Shown here: positions 25,129-38,186 of the stretch, piece after piece | Position numbering within the stretch: position 1 is the stretch's first letter | How the letters are laid out: each line of letters begins with the position of its first letter | Program-made: the position numbers and the translations under genes | The notes under the pieces: generated by a model | Databases searched by the model: none | What the model saw: only the letters and a program-made list of their open reading frames with translations | What the model was told of the DNA's origin: nothing | Assembly: GCA_013115125.1 (NCBI GenBank) | Contig: JABANN010000161.1 | Coordinates: 1 to 58,841, forward strand | Length of the DNA stretch: 58,841 nt | Source: Perkinsus olseni | Lineage: Eukaryota | Direction: 5' to 3'

Positions 25129-26850
25129 CTAACTGCGCACATCGGCTTCGAGTCTAACCGAGTCGGAACCGTTAGCGTTGGACTCTAAACTCACACACAC
25201 AGAGGGAAGGCCCCCAGTGACAACACCACACCCTATCAGCGTTAGCTCAAACAGTCTCTCGTTCAATCGGGACTCCTCTAGTACTCGGGAGCACAAAAAG
25301 ATCAGTGGCATCGAAATTGTCAATCGCAACTCCTCCGTCCACCTCGGATACAGGCAGGTCCTTGCCACTCGACTGTGATACCAACGACGCCCGAACCTAA
25401 GACGATTTCTTTTTTTCCTTCGCTTCCAGGAATTCTCGAAAGCCCGAGGTGGAAGGATAATTCTCGACGGAACCCCCAATGCGAGCTCGGTCTCCGTTAA
25501 CGACTTTACTCAGGATGAATCGAAGAAGCGGTACGAAAGGAAGCACATATTCACAAAGCACGCACTGTGCACTTGCTATTCGACTCAATAAACTTTCACG
25601 AATGAATCCAACAATAGTGCTAGTTTTACATGCCTAATAGCAGTAGCCTTTTAATACACATTACAGAAGACTGTGGTCATTAACACCCCGCCTCACCAAA
25701 TGCTGCATCGCCACAGGGCCGGGCTTCACACCAACCAGCGCCAACCCCGCAAGCTCCTTCTCAACTCCGGGAAGAAGCGTTACCGCCCGCGACCCCGACC
25801 AGCCACTCAAAAAGGCTCCCCATTCGGCTGGTGGCGTGACCACTACTTGAACCCGGATCGCCTCCTTGACAGTCGGCTCTAGCTTCATGCGGATCCGCAT
25901 TTGGACGACCTCGCCGACGACCGCCACGTCTTTCTCGAGAACAGTCTGGACGACTACGGTGTTAAAGTGACTACTCAGGTGTCTCGCCGAGGGGGTTGCC
26001 AGATTGCCAGGGCTCGGTGAAGCTGCCGATGGTTTTACTGGTATTTCAAGCATAACAACTGGGAAACTAAACGCTGAACCTCCACAGGAGGGTGTTTCTC
26101 AAACGGAGGAAACGCTGGTGACAGTAAAACCGTCTCCTTGATCAAGAGTCAGCCGCCTCGGTCACTAGAAACACAACAAGGTCAGGTGCTGGACACAGGA
26201 ACAACATGGTCACAGAGCATGCCCACGACTGCATCCTCAATGACCATCATCAGAGCGGCCAATGAACGGGTGGCACGCTAACGCAGGGTTACCTACGGAC
26301 GACCCTGCGAATCGCTCGTGCACTATACCGAACAGTGTTCAGTATAGAGAACGAACGTGTTCAGTGAACACGACATGATGATTGATCAGGACGACTGCAA
26401 TTTCGTCAACGGGATCAATGTTTTACTTGCCAGCATCCCCCAGACCACCGTGCCCCCACTGGAAGAACACAACAGCTGGCAGTGGCATGATATCGCACAG
26501 GGTTGTACACGGAAGGGCATGGAAAAGGAGGCAAAAGCCTCCACAGGACAACAACTCTAGGCTAGCTGAAATACGCTCGGCAAACGGCTGATGCATAAGA
26601 CGACTTCTTCTGGTTCGTCGAGGCCAATGTAGCGAGGACCTTCCCACAGAGGTCGCCTCGTGCCATCGCAGCAGCTGTGGCCGATGGAGCCGCTGAACTA
26701 CTCTTGGACGAGGCCCTGAAAGAGACAACATCTGGACACTCCGGTTTAGAGCCTCCCCGCGATGATTAACCATCGGGCCCTTCTCGGAAGTGCAAACGAC
26801 ACAGCCGAGCCGAAATAACAGGCGTCCGGATGACCGTGAGAGCGGGCAGA
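25129..26850 (-). CDS. Multi-exon hypothetical protein, possibly TRAPPC11 C-terminus-like
   Basis: Ig-like segment AVVGEVVQMRIRM...AFLSGWSGSRAVTLLPGVEKEL...VKPGPV resembles the TRAPPC11 C-terminus (by eye); boundaries approximate. Confidence 0.3.
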
Positions 26851-26949
26851 TCATTCGAGCTGCTTACGGGCAGCCCTCCTGCGTGATCGTCACCGATCCT
26901 CCTCGCCGAGAAACCGCCAGTTTCACATCACCGGACTCGAAATGGCACG

Positions 26950-27645
26950 AATGCGTGCCTTCCCCTCTGCGCAGCTTCGCATCGATCACTTTCTGAGAGG
27001 AAAATTCGTGTATTAAAACTAACTTCGCTCCGCCGCACCTGCGTTTTGCTATGCTTGTTCACAGATGGGCCTCGGACAACAGGAGCTACTGTTGGTTGGG
27101 CCTGAAAATCATACCACAAATCCCGCAAATCAAAGGAATCACAAGCAAGAAAACCCGTCCAGAGACAACAAAATTTCCCCTCCTAAACTTGCCTTCCTCT
27201 TCGCCATCTCAGCCTCATGCCGCCGCCTCAGCTCGTTGACATAGTCGTCCTGGATCGCCCGCATCTCCTGCCGTTTTCGGTTGTGCATCTCCAACTCATC
27301 CGCTGTCATATTTCTGAACTCTGGACTCTGGCACATGTCCGTGATAAAACCATCCGGCGTGACGTCGGCAGTAATGCGGCCTTTCATTAAGAATGGCGCC
27401 AGGACGGAGCCGCAATACCAGCGGACGTTATGCTGGAGCTTAGTCACTTGTGCTGAGGGAAATGCTACCCGACGGACCCTGAGGTAGGGAACAAACCGAA
27501 CCTACACCGTACCACTTTCTGCTAGTCCCCACAGTCGGATAAAACGATGATAAACTAGAGCTTCCAAAATACCCAAAACCGACCCTGCGAGCTCTACGTG
27601 CCACCCCCTCCTCTCCTTCACTCACCTAGCTTCAGATGGGCATTG
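26950..27645 (-). CDS. Hypothetical protein with C-terminal coiled coil
   Basis: Coding-like exon KLQHNVRWYCG...EAEMAKRK and upstream exon; boundaries approximate. Confidence 0.45.
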
Positions 27646-28049
27646 TAGCAAAAGAGAGAAGAAGTAATGATGCTTCCTTGGCGATGCATAAACCTCTCGA
27701 CTGACCTTCACACTTGCCTTCCTCCTACCGCCAGAGGAATCGAGGCCTTCGAGGCTGCAGATCCCCCCCGTATTACGAACCTGCGCAGTAGTCGTTTGTG
27801 GTTAGTCCAGGGAGGCGCTAGGGAGGTCAATGATTCGGAATCCGAATTTCGGATACACCAGCGCGAAGGACGCCAAGATAATTGTGTTTAATGGGTCAAC
27901 CAATCAGAGCGTCAGAAAAATCGGAACTACTCGCGAAACTCCCATATTGCGAAGGTTGGGAGTGTGAAGAACAGTGTGTAGCTACGCTCTGACACGTTCG
28001 ACCCTCCATCAGTGTCAGAGCCAGCAGTCGGGCAGTAGCCTGTGTCTGC

Positions 28050-29250
28050 GGTTTAACACAAAGCTAGTAGCACTTCATCACTGTTCAGTAGGACACGAGA
28101 GAACTGCCATACCCGATCTGGGTCGAGTCAGCGGTCTCTAGTGTCCTACCTCCACATCTAGGGAGCGGAGGGCTGAGTTGAGCTCGTGTCCGCCATCATC
28201 ACAATGTGACGATCACAACCATCACATCTCATGTTTGCATCGGTTGCTAGAGCTTTACTAGCTCTAGCAGTGAACGCCATTGAAGTACTGCGGCGGCTCA
28301 GGCCGTACAGCCTACTGCGCACAAAATTTTGTCCGCCGACGTACAAACGAACGATCTTTTCGCTCACGCCGATCCTCCTACGAGGGATTCACACCACAGA
28401 TCACACCCAGACAGCGACGACACTGGTTTTATGTGAATACCAACATGGATGAGCTAGAGGGACCCACCTGCGTCTGCCACTGCACTTGACCATTGGCAGG
28501 CAGGTTGACATGGCAGATGTAGCTGAGGGCGTGCGGCACTGTTATCACCCCGCTGGGCGCAAGCTCGCTGAGCGCCTCTATACACGTCCCAGCTCCCGCC
28601 AAGTTCTTCTCGACATTCGAAGAGATCCGAAGGTCCAATAGACTGAGAGGAGACTTTTATAAAAACACCCCTCCCCGGAATCGAACCTGCGCCTTACGGT
28701 TTATTTCTCTGGTCCACGCCGGTATGCCGATAACACTTAGCCTTCGCACCCCAACCACCCGTTGGTAGCTGCTCAACTACCAGCTCTTGTTGTCTATTGG
28801 AATCCCACACTCGACACTCCTTCTCGTCAAATAGTTTCTGAGAAAAAAAGAGGATCTTCATGACGACCACGCCTGCTACGAGAGAGTCACTCGAGGGAGA
28901 ACCCAGCATGATTCAGTCGCTAGCCTATGGGCGTTGGTATGGTTGCGAGTGGCGCGCGCCCAGTTGATCGATCGCACCAACGGCCAATTTCAGAGCAACC
29001 TCATCCTTCACTTTCCCACAGCGGTCGAATGAGACGTACGACTGAAGTAGCATGAGAAAGCTTCCCACCTCCTCTCTGGCGATCTCGAGCCACTTGGGCA
29101 GCATGATCTCCCGGCTGCAGACCTCTTTCACAGCCTCGGACACAGTAGTGACGTTATTGGATACCCACGACCCGACCAGCTGACTACATTCCAATCGCTG
29201 ATTCAGTTGAAGCATCTCCTTCCCTAGCTGCATTGTCTCTGGTGGGGTGG
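28050..29250 (-). CDS. Multi-exon hypothetical protein (contains CDGC motif)
   Basis: Successive minus-strand ORFs joinable by GT-AG introns, e.g. 28643-28697 (RNKP|LLDLRISS). Confidence 0.5.
28643..28697 (-). other. 55-nt intron carrying tRNA T-loop, 3'-end spacing and T5
   Basis: GT AAGGC GCAGG TTCGATT CCGGG GAGGGGT G TTTTT ...CTCTCAG; splicing joins two ORFs in frame. Confidence 0.65.
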
Positions 29251-29599
29251 GGAATCGGAAATTCCTGAGGACGATGACATCTCGTAACTTCGCCGTGCGC
29301 TTCTAGACCCTCTATAGTAATGACCATCATACTGTTAGGAATCACGACTTAGTAATTTTGACGTAGCAGCAATGACATCACTCTCCAACAGCAAGCATCC
29401 TCATGCTCATTACCTCGGGTGTTGACGACCCGGCCTCTGACGCTCCGGACAGGTCCCCCACGTCACCACTTCCTTCCCCAATCTTGCCAACTGGACCACT
29501 GTAACAGTCTTTCCGTGCTCCACTAGCACACAGTTGGATGTGGACGCAAAGGCCTGTCAACAGCCACCACCGATCTACACGGCCACAGCGGCAAGGGAA

Positions 29600-30511
29600 A
29601 AACATGATTGCTCCCAATGAACTACTATTTCCAAATGCACCGTTCTATCAATAATACCTTTTTTCGTCATTGATGGCAATACACTTTTCCAAACAGAATG
29701 ATCTCACCCAAAATCGAAGCAACAAATTATAAAACTCATCGTCAAGGCCATCCTTCGAGAGTATCCTTTTAATCACGACAGGATTGCCCCTATAACGGAT
29801 ATCGGCAACCCACTTCTGTCATTCATCCCGATTATCTCACCTTCCTCTCTTTAATACCATCTTTCCACCACTTCGGCGTCTTCACATTGTCACAGACCCA
29901 CGCGGCGATGCCCTCCGGCCGAGTGGCGGTAGCAGTCGAATAGCTCATGAACACCGACTCGCACTTCATAGTCGATCCAGCCTCAGCGGCCTTCGCTGTG
30001 CGGACCACCTCCGTCGGAGCGTCTTCTTTCACTTCCACCATTTTCCTACAAGCAACCCAGAGTGAATAGCGCGCGCCCGACTGATCGATGAGCATCCTCC
30101 TACTCACCCCAGCTTCCAACACTTTCCTTCGATCTTGACTCCATCCTTAGTCTTAACCACGCTGATCACATTGTTAGTCTTCGGGTCGCTGTATTCGCAC
30201 CACTCCTTCCCCGGAACGCGCTTTGCACGTATCTTGCAAGCTTCGACATTAGATACTCCGCCGAATCGATCACACCTCACCTTATCAGCCCAACTGTAAG
30301 ACGTTGAGGGAGTTGTCTGAAATGAGGAGATACTCAGCCGACCTCGAAGAAAAAACTGGCAGTGCCCAAAGATATCATTGCGCAAAACGGCAGCTATCCT
30401 CCACGATTTCATCATTAGCCGCGGGCCCTTGCTATCCGAAGACGCTGCTGTCGCCTCGCGTGCCGTTTGATGAACCCTCAAAACACTACGGAGTCTTCTA
30501 TTGACAATCAT
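29600..30511 (-). CDS. Multi-exon hypothetical protein
   Basis: Coding-like ORFs 30104-30511 and 29832-30122. Confidence 0.45.
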
Positions 30512-31193
30512 CCACTTTAAAGCGCGAAAATCACGAGTTGGTAGTTCTATGCTCAGCCTAGCCTGGTGGTCTCTGGGCTGCGGTTTCTTACAGTTACGAT
30601 CGCCTTAGATCGCATCAAGTACCGACAAAAACATTTTTATTTTTTACAAGACGCAAAAGAGAACACCCCGACCTACCGTCGTTATCGCTGGCCGCGTCGT
30701 GAGGATTCTCGACGACTGAAGGGAGAAAACGAATAACAAATCTCTTACAGGGCCCCAGCCTTGTGATTTGGAGACAATCGTTGTGACGTTCACAGTCCTG
30801 CTTTCTGTGTAGCTCAGCGTCATGAAGGGGCAATTTCCTATCCATACTGTAGAACGTCCGAGTCAGAGGATTGTCGAGCCCTACCACTATGCCCAATTCG
30901 GGACAGGTTAAAAGACCGCAACCCCGATACACAGGGGAATCGGAACCGCGAGACGTTCTCGTTCATGTGAAGACACAAGTCTTACCGATCCGGGAGGGAT
31001 GGGCCTCGTGGCTGCATTCAGATTGGTCGAAGAATCCTGCAAGGAGAAAAAGTATTACCCGAGCGACATCCGAGTAAAGTAGATAATTTCTATTCGAGGA
31101 TGCCCAGGAGGAGCGAATGAACGACTGGACTCGTCTGTCTCTGTTCAAGGCAGAATAATGCTCGTAACGATGCGCCACAGGTGAACCTCATCC

Positions 31194-32423
31194 TCATTGA
31201 GCATTGCTGTTCATTGAGGTTTCACACGTATAGAAAACGAAGGAACTCACCCGAACCGCCCTGCCATTCACTACACCACTGGTTGTGGTAGTACTGGTCG
31301 TGGTTGTAGTAGTGGTCGTCGTTGTAGTGGTCGTGGTAGTTGTGGTAGTAGTGGTTGAGGTAGTTGTGGTAGTAGTGGTCGTGGTCGTGGGAGTAGTGGT
31401 AGTGGTAGAAGCGGTGGTGGTCGTGGTTGTAGTAGTGGTCGTCGTTGTAGTGGTCGTGGTAGCAGTTGTAGAAGGGGTAGTAGTGGTAGTTGTAGTAGTT
31501 GTAGAAGGGGTAGTCGTGGTAGTGGTAGTAGTTGTAGAAGGGGTAGTCGTGGTAGTGGTAGTAGTCGTTGTAGTGGTAGTTGTAGTGGTCGTGGTCGTTG
31601 TGGTAGTAGTGGTCGTTGAGGTAGTTGTGGTAGGAGCAGCTGTTGTGGTCCTAGAACTGATGGCGGTCGTAGCAGCAGCGGTGGTGGGTGTACTGGAAGT
31701 GACAGTAGGGGTTGTCGTAGTCACGAAAGGCGTGGTTGTGATGGTATGAGTAGAAATCGTAGGAGGTATCCTAGTAGTGGTTGTAGGCATCCCGCTACTC
31801 GTCGACATACTGCTCGATCTAGGCGTGGTCACGGATGCAGTTGTCGCTGTACTCTGAGTGCACAAACAACCATAAAAACAGTCCAGGCCGGCTACACCCG
31901 GAAGTAGGACGAAGACGAGCCGTTGACAAAGACATCAGACAGACGAGCCGTCCAAGACTCATCGGTCGAGGCCGCAATTTCTTACCTCATCATCATCGTC
32001 GTCAACATCAGTAGCAGGGACAGTGGTAACCCTCTTGGTGGCCGCCGCATGCCGATGAGAATTGGCAACCTGCACAGGACGGATGGATATTATTGATCCA
32101 CCTTTAACGAATGTACGGGGTTCGGAAGCTAACATTGTTAGACTTCCAGTACCCGCCATCAGGACAGGTAAACTTCCACCGGGCCCACGCAACCAGTTCT
32201 TTTCTACTTCGCCGAAGTCTACAAATTGTTTGCGCAGTTTTGGAATCAACTTCCGCATGTCTCTACTACCGACTATGATGAGCGGCCTGGGAGGGTGACC
32301 GTGACGGGTTCGTTGAACAAAGGGCGAGCGAAACTTCTGGCGGTTATAGTATCCTGTATCATCAGTGCTACATATATTTTTCGCATACTTATAACAGCAG
32401 TGGGCCAATATTAGTATGGCCAA
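31194..32423 (-). CDS. Thr-rich mucin-like protein (partial model)
   Basis: About 190 codons dominated by Thr using all four ACN codons, with repeated T(n)PS units. Confidence 0.75.
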
Positions 32424-33799
32424 ACTTGAGCCACGACTTCACAACTAGATTCCTCCTTCTTTCACAAATGAAACCCCCTACTTGAGGATGTGCCCGCAGA
32501 ATCTTGAGGGAAACTGATTGATGTCTATGCTTTTCTGACGACTAATGAGGTAACAGAAGTCTAATGCGATACCATAAAAGACGAAGCGACGCGTTTCATA
32601 GGAAAATGCTGTTGGCCTATCTGTGAACTATGATTCTGATGCCGTCATCATAGAAGAATACGAAAGCTTCAGTGGCCCTTCTTCACGAAAGATTTCAGCG
32701 CGAATAGAGCAACACATCCACGTCGTGGTCTGCTCTGTCGACCGCATGGACGATTAACGTCCGTCACGCGCCACGAAATCCCAAACCCTATAGCGAGATT
32801 CGACAACCATTGCTCCATGGGAAAAGGTATCTTAGGTTGGTTTAATGTGCACGCATGCACAAGATACGTTTCTTTCCGTTGCTTCGAGTCGCATTTTCCG
32901 AGCCCCAACCCTCCGAGATTGCTCACCAGCTCATTGATAAGATTGATCCTCTCCAACATTCTGTTAGGCCGTTCTCCATCGGCATAGACATCGCGCTCGC
33001 CCTGATGATCGATCTCGTTTTTCCCAGCCTCTCCACAAGAGCAATATCCGCAGCAGCAAGAATCGCCACAGCCGCAACCCGAGAATCTGACCAAAATCTT
33101 CGCTGTGCGCAAAGATACCGCCTCCTAAATCCCGGCAACTTACAGCATAGCTACTCCGAGGAGGATACAAGTCACAAAGATGCGCTTCAATGAAGACATT
33201 ATAAAGGGGCCTGACCGACGAGCAAATCACACTTGTCAGCGGCTCGCAAGCAGCGGTTTCTTGTGCCCTATTGTGAGCCCAGAGGTCCCTTAATACAGCA
33301 CAACAGCCGATATTAAATTTTCCCGACATACTTGATTCATTGTAATGATTCTCAATGATGAAAAGTGTGATGTTAGATTTGACCCCAACGTCATTCGGTG
33401 ACCCTCTGCCATCCCCCCTCTGGCAACGATTCACCCCAACACTCGTCCGACCATACCATACGATTGTACAACGCAAGTCCAGGGAGAACAACACAAGGGT
33501 ATCTTGTCGTCTCACATGTCACCAACAAGAACGCGCACTCGGAAGATTTTCGCACTCTAAACGTGCAGTGCTTTCTTGTTCTCTTTCCCAACCATCATCA
33601 CGTTATCGTCTTCATCCTGAAAGACGTTGAAAACCGTCCTGTCCGAGGCTTCAAGCGTCGACCTAATATACTATGACCGACTCCACAGTAGTCAAAGAGC
33701 TGGGTGCAGCCCTACTAAAGGGGAATCTCCACAACCAAAACGGTTAACTTTAACGGGGAGAAGACGGACGAAATTGGGGAAATTCAACCCGCACTGATT

Positions 33800-35452
33800 T
33801 TCTACATAATGAATCAAGATTCCCTCGGTTATACAGGTATCCTACTCAAAAGCGAATTCTACGAGTCCGAAAGATACTCACCTCCGGTACCTCCGATACA
33901 GTGTAGCTGTCGTTTGAGGAGCTACTGGGCTCCGTCGGCTCATCCATGGCCAAAATCATATTACCCAGACGTTCCTTCCCAGAGGCATCAATGGCTTCCT
34001 GCTGCCTCTGCAGTTCAGCCAGCCTCGATCCATCCACTAGGGGCTCGGGTTGGGGTGGCATGTGGTGGTGACAGCAGCAACCACAACCGCCATATCTGAC
34101 AGTAATATACCCATGCCGAGGATCGAACCTGCGACCTTGATAGCCGAAAATAACGCTTCCTTGAAGTTGTTCCTTCCATGGAGACTGCAGGCGCCTCACT
34201 GTACCGATATGAGTAACAGTTCATCATCATTGCAAGTGTCAGAGCATAGAGGCATTCACAAGCGGCAATGAAGGGGGAGTGCCCGCCATATCCAACGAAC
34301 CCTCGTTGATTTGGGCAAAATGCGGTAGGTCTGCCACTTTCAATTGTTTTACTCGTTGTTTCTCCATTCTCACAGGTGTCGCAACCATGTGCAGAAATAC
34401 ATGGACGACACCATTACACCAGAACGCCCGCTTGAGAGATCCTCGACAGAAGCCGATCGAGCCCCTTTAACCTCTCTAGCTCGCTAAAGGACTCCCGCAA
34501 TAGTATTTCCCAACGGTACAGCATTTCACACGATGACGATTGCTCCCAATTCAAATCGACACACACTGGGATTGCGGGATATACCAATTGTAAAACGGAG
34601 AATCGATTCTGGAACCACAATTTACGCGTAAAAATCGATTCCAGAATCGATTCCGAGTTTCCGAAGCACTCAATTGAACAGGTGGGACTGCATCGGCACG
34701 ATTGGATAAAGACAGAAGAAGTCAGTACTGATGGTATCTTGCATACTACAGCAACCACTGCTAGTACTGTTAACGACACGCCCAATATAATTGGGAAGAG
34801 ATTGAAAGAAAATACGTCAACTAGCCTAGCGACCCTGAGACCCTCTCTGGAACTCACAGGAAGGCCATCATGATCATCGCAAGGGTGGTAATGATGTTGA
34901 ACGATGGGAAGGGCATTTGCGCGAATAATAATAAGAGGCCTGTCAAGGGCTGAGTACAACGAGGTGCTGCGTGCTGTGGGTTAACCGGACACCGAGTTTC
35001 TCTATTCATGAGCTCACCAACGACCAAAAGACCTCTTATTCTCGGGCCACGCTTCCCTGACCCACTGCTTTCGAGGTCCGCACATCGCGGCAGGGGAACA
35101 GCTGAAGTCAGGACGAGAGCGGAAGCAGAGGAGCTCAGCGTCCCCAACCGGAACGAAAGGACGTATGGTAGAGGGCAATCGTTATCGTCAGGTTGGGGCA
35201 GTGGTGATTCCGAGGGGGTTCAACTAACCGAAGCTGGAACTAGTTTATTAACCAAAGAATCAGTCTTGAACCGGCTCGGACAAAGGGCACTATCAAAAAT
35301 GCAAGCTGCGGGAATCGAACGCGGAGTCTCCGCGTATCGAGTTTACAAGTTACGGTGCTCCACCACGGAGATATCACAACCCGATGTGAAGTGAGTTTAG
35401 ACGAACGGTTACGCGCTCAACGACCAGAGGTCTTCGGGGATAAATCGACATT
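33800..35452 (-). CDS. Multi-exon hypothetical protein
   Basis: Series of minus-strand ORFs; intron 34096-34135 joins RYFRLS to RYGGCGCCC; boundaries uncertain. Confidence 0.4.
34096..34135 (-). other. 40-nt predicted intron whose donor lies in a tRNA variable loop (AG|GTC), followed by a T-loop
   Basis: AAG|GTC GCAGG TTCGATC CTCGG CATGGGT A TATTACTGTCAG. Confidence 0.55.
35295..35380 (-). pseudogene. Degenerate tRNA-Thr(TGT)-like element with T5
   Basis: TATCTCCGTGGTGGAGCA (D-arm-like), CTTGTAA loop, GTTCGATTCC, then 5+7+1 nt spacing to TTTTT; acceptor stem unpaired. Confidence 0.55.
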
Positions 35453-35544
35453 CGTGATGCGCTTCGCTCCGCCCAGAAATTACCGCGCGCCACGAAATTA
35501 ACACATCACATCATCACTTGTTGCTTGGTGGCAGTTTTGCTGAA

Positions 35545-36401
35545 ATGCCAAAGTATTTCTGCGAGTATTGTGATATCTTCCTGGCTCACAGCAGCTTCTT
35601 CGGGAGGAAGCAGCACTCAACGGGTCGGAAGCATATTCAAAATAAAATTGAGTAAGTCGCTGGAGGTCTTCCTTCGACCTTTTTTGTATCTTCCTAGCTC
35701 GACCTGAAGATATTCTTCAGTTACTACACCGAGCAGATGAAGGAAAAGGGTGTCGGTGTCCCCAATTATGATGATCAGCCCGAAGCTAAAGGTAATAACG
35801 CTTTCACGTTCTAGAATCGTTCCTAATAATCTGGAGAGGAATCTTTCGCTCCCGACCTTTTTTGTATAGGTCGCGCATGTAGCCAGTTAAGATACGAGGT
35901 TTCATACTTCCTTTAATCATCATCCTCCTTCTCCTTTCAGCCCTCGGACCAGTAACCTACCCCTCGGCCGTCGCCCCCGTGGGCGGCTCTCACCCCTACG
36001 CCCCTCCCTTCGCTGGCAAGGGCTTCGGAAAGGGCAAGGGCATGCTCTTCGGGAAGGGCTTCGGTAATATCTCCACTTCCAATACCACACTTTCCGTATC
36101 AAACCACGCTAGCAACTGTTGCTAAGCAACACCTTTCTGACTTCGAGATCGCGTCTCCGCTTAGACTACGTTATTCTGAGTGCACCAGTGTGGGGCTAGC
36201 CTCCTTACTCACAACCCACTGTACGAGGCTGAGAATAGCCATCCTTACACCATTGCTTGTAGTTGCGCTCGAATTTTTATGCTACTTTCACACGACCAAC
36301 CTCTATGCCTTCAGGATTCCCTATGATGGGTAAGGGCTTCCCGATGCCTCCTCCCCCCGGACCCTTCGGCAATCGCCCCCTCGGCTGAGCACTCAACGTA
36401 G
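35545..36401 (+). CDS. SNRPC: U1 snRNP protein C (4 exons)
   Basis: [31 protein letters not shown]1-C zinc finger; Pro/Gly/Met-rich tail. Confidence 0.93.
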
Positions 36402-36494
36402 AACCTCGAGGCCAAGTTAAGACGTTGCATCGGTACTGCCCTTTCTGTTGTGTTGAAGTTATGGTATTAATTTCGGCAGTTTTCACGGCCGTCA

Positions 36495-38170
36495 ATGGTC
36501 GCGTCGGGAGGAGCGTATGGCACTTCGGCAGCTCTCAATCGGTTAGTCCGGAAGGTGGATGAGTTGGAAGTAACAGCGGAGCGGTGGCGGAGACAGCGGG
36601 AGGCGGAAGAGGACATCGCAAAGGAACTAGCTACTCTCAATACTGTAATACAGGGAGCTCGGAAAGGACGCGAATGGCGATACATGGCGGAGCGAAGGCT
36701 CTTTATTCAGTGGGAAATCATGATGAGGGTGGTGCCTGAGCTGCTTCGGGGAAGGGCAGAGTTTATTGCGGGATTTAGCGTCTCATGAACTTGTCAAACC
36801 TTGGGCAAGTTAGTTGAAAGTCGCTCTCGGCAGTCTGAATGAGTGAGGCGCGGATGTAGTCTGAAAGTTCGGGTGGTCTCGTAAGAGGTCCGTCGTGGAC
36901 TGGGTCGTGCTGTTGCGACCACTTCGAGGGAGGGAATATCTTTCTCGTTCAGAATCTTCGCTGTGCGCGATATTCAGATGCCATCCAGCAGTTTTCATAT
37001 GGGAAGGGCCTGGGGGGTGGGTCGACGGCCTGGCGGCTGTTTTGGAGACTTGGACGAGCAATCCGACGGTGAGGAGTCGGACGATGATCTCGCCACCACC
37101 GATTCTGAGGATTACGAGGCATCTGAGTAGGTTATGCGATCGTGCCTTCTTACCTGGGAGAGAAAGTGCAACGAGGTTTTATGGGGGAAAATGTCATCAT
37201 CCAAAATTCTATCCCGTTGCACAAACGTCGCCGTGACCGGTTGTTCACGAGCAGTAGGTGAAGGGGGAGCAGCGCTGGGGCAGTGACGCTTTGCTCCCCT
37301 TCAAAAACCCAACGTCCACTTTCTATGTTGATGAGTCATTCCCGTCCGTAATGAGGAACCGTTAATAAATACGTTTTTTGTGCCCCGGAGGACCTGAATC
37401 ATCTTGTTGTTAATGAATGTGACAAGCATCTTGCATCCCGTTATTGACGGCTTATCTTCGATTGGAGATCGCAGCACCTCCAGACTGCTTCCCAGGTCCT
37501 CGGAGTTCGACACCAGCGGAAGTTCTTGCGAGGCTGAGGACGATCGACCATCGGGAATTCCTTGGTACGTATCAACTCCTCGGTCCAACCGTCGGAGCTC
37601 GAAGACCTACTTTGACTTATTCGGTCTGGACGAAGATGATAACACCATCGCCACGGCAGAACGGATAAGAAAGGTAGTGGCACCGGGAGTTCGGGCGGCG
37701 ATCTCGTTAACGTAGCACACCTGAATTTCGTGGCGCGCGGCGTTTGTAGACCGGGCATGGGGATCTCCTTCACCATATACCATGGCTTGCAGGCATCTTT
37801 GGGTACCGTCAATGGAGCTCCGGCCGTTGCAGCACCCACGGTGTCCGGCCCATCACATTCGGCCTTGCTTGATGATGATGATGAGGTGAATAGATGGTAC
37901 TCACCGGAGTATTCTCTGGAGGCTGAAGGTAGTACTAAGGGGGTTGCTTCCACTTCTATCGCTTCCGGGGCCCTGGATTGATGGAATCATTTAGTATCTT
38001 TTATTCTTCGCGGTGAGCTCGTGTGTGAGTTAGCCGGAAGGTTTCTAGGCACGCGCTCCTCAATCTGCATCTAGTCACTTCGTGTCACCATTGGCATACC
38101 TACCGTCACCCCGATACCCGCTCCTCAGGTGGTGCCTGGTACAGGGACTCCAGCGTTCTCAGCAGACTAA
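36495..38170 (+). CDS. Multi-exon hypothetical protein with N-terminal coiled coil
   Basis: ORFs 36495-36788, 37404-37715 and 37730-37981; boundaries uncertain. Confidence 0.45.
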
Positions 38171-38186
38171 GGCTCAATATTGAAGG

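Noticed and set aside
31285-31749. Poly-Val ORF on the plus strand
   Set aside because: Antisense shadow of the Thr-rich mucin.
34414-35300. Kinesin-like motor (SGSGKR)
   Set aside because: No switch I/II motifs; similarity too weak.
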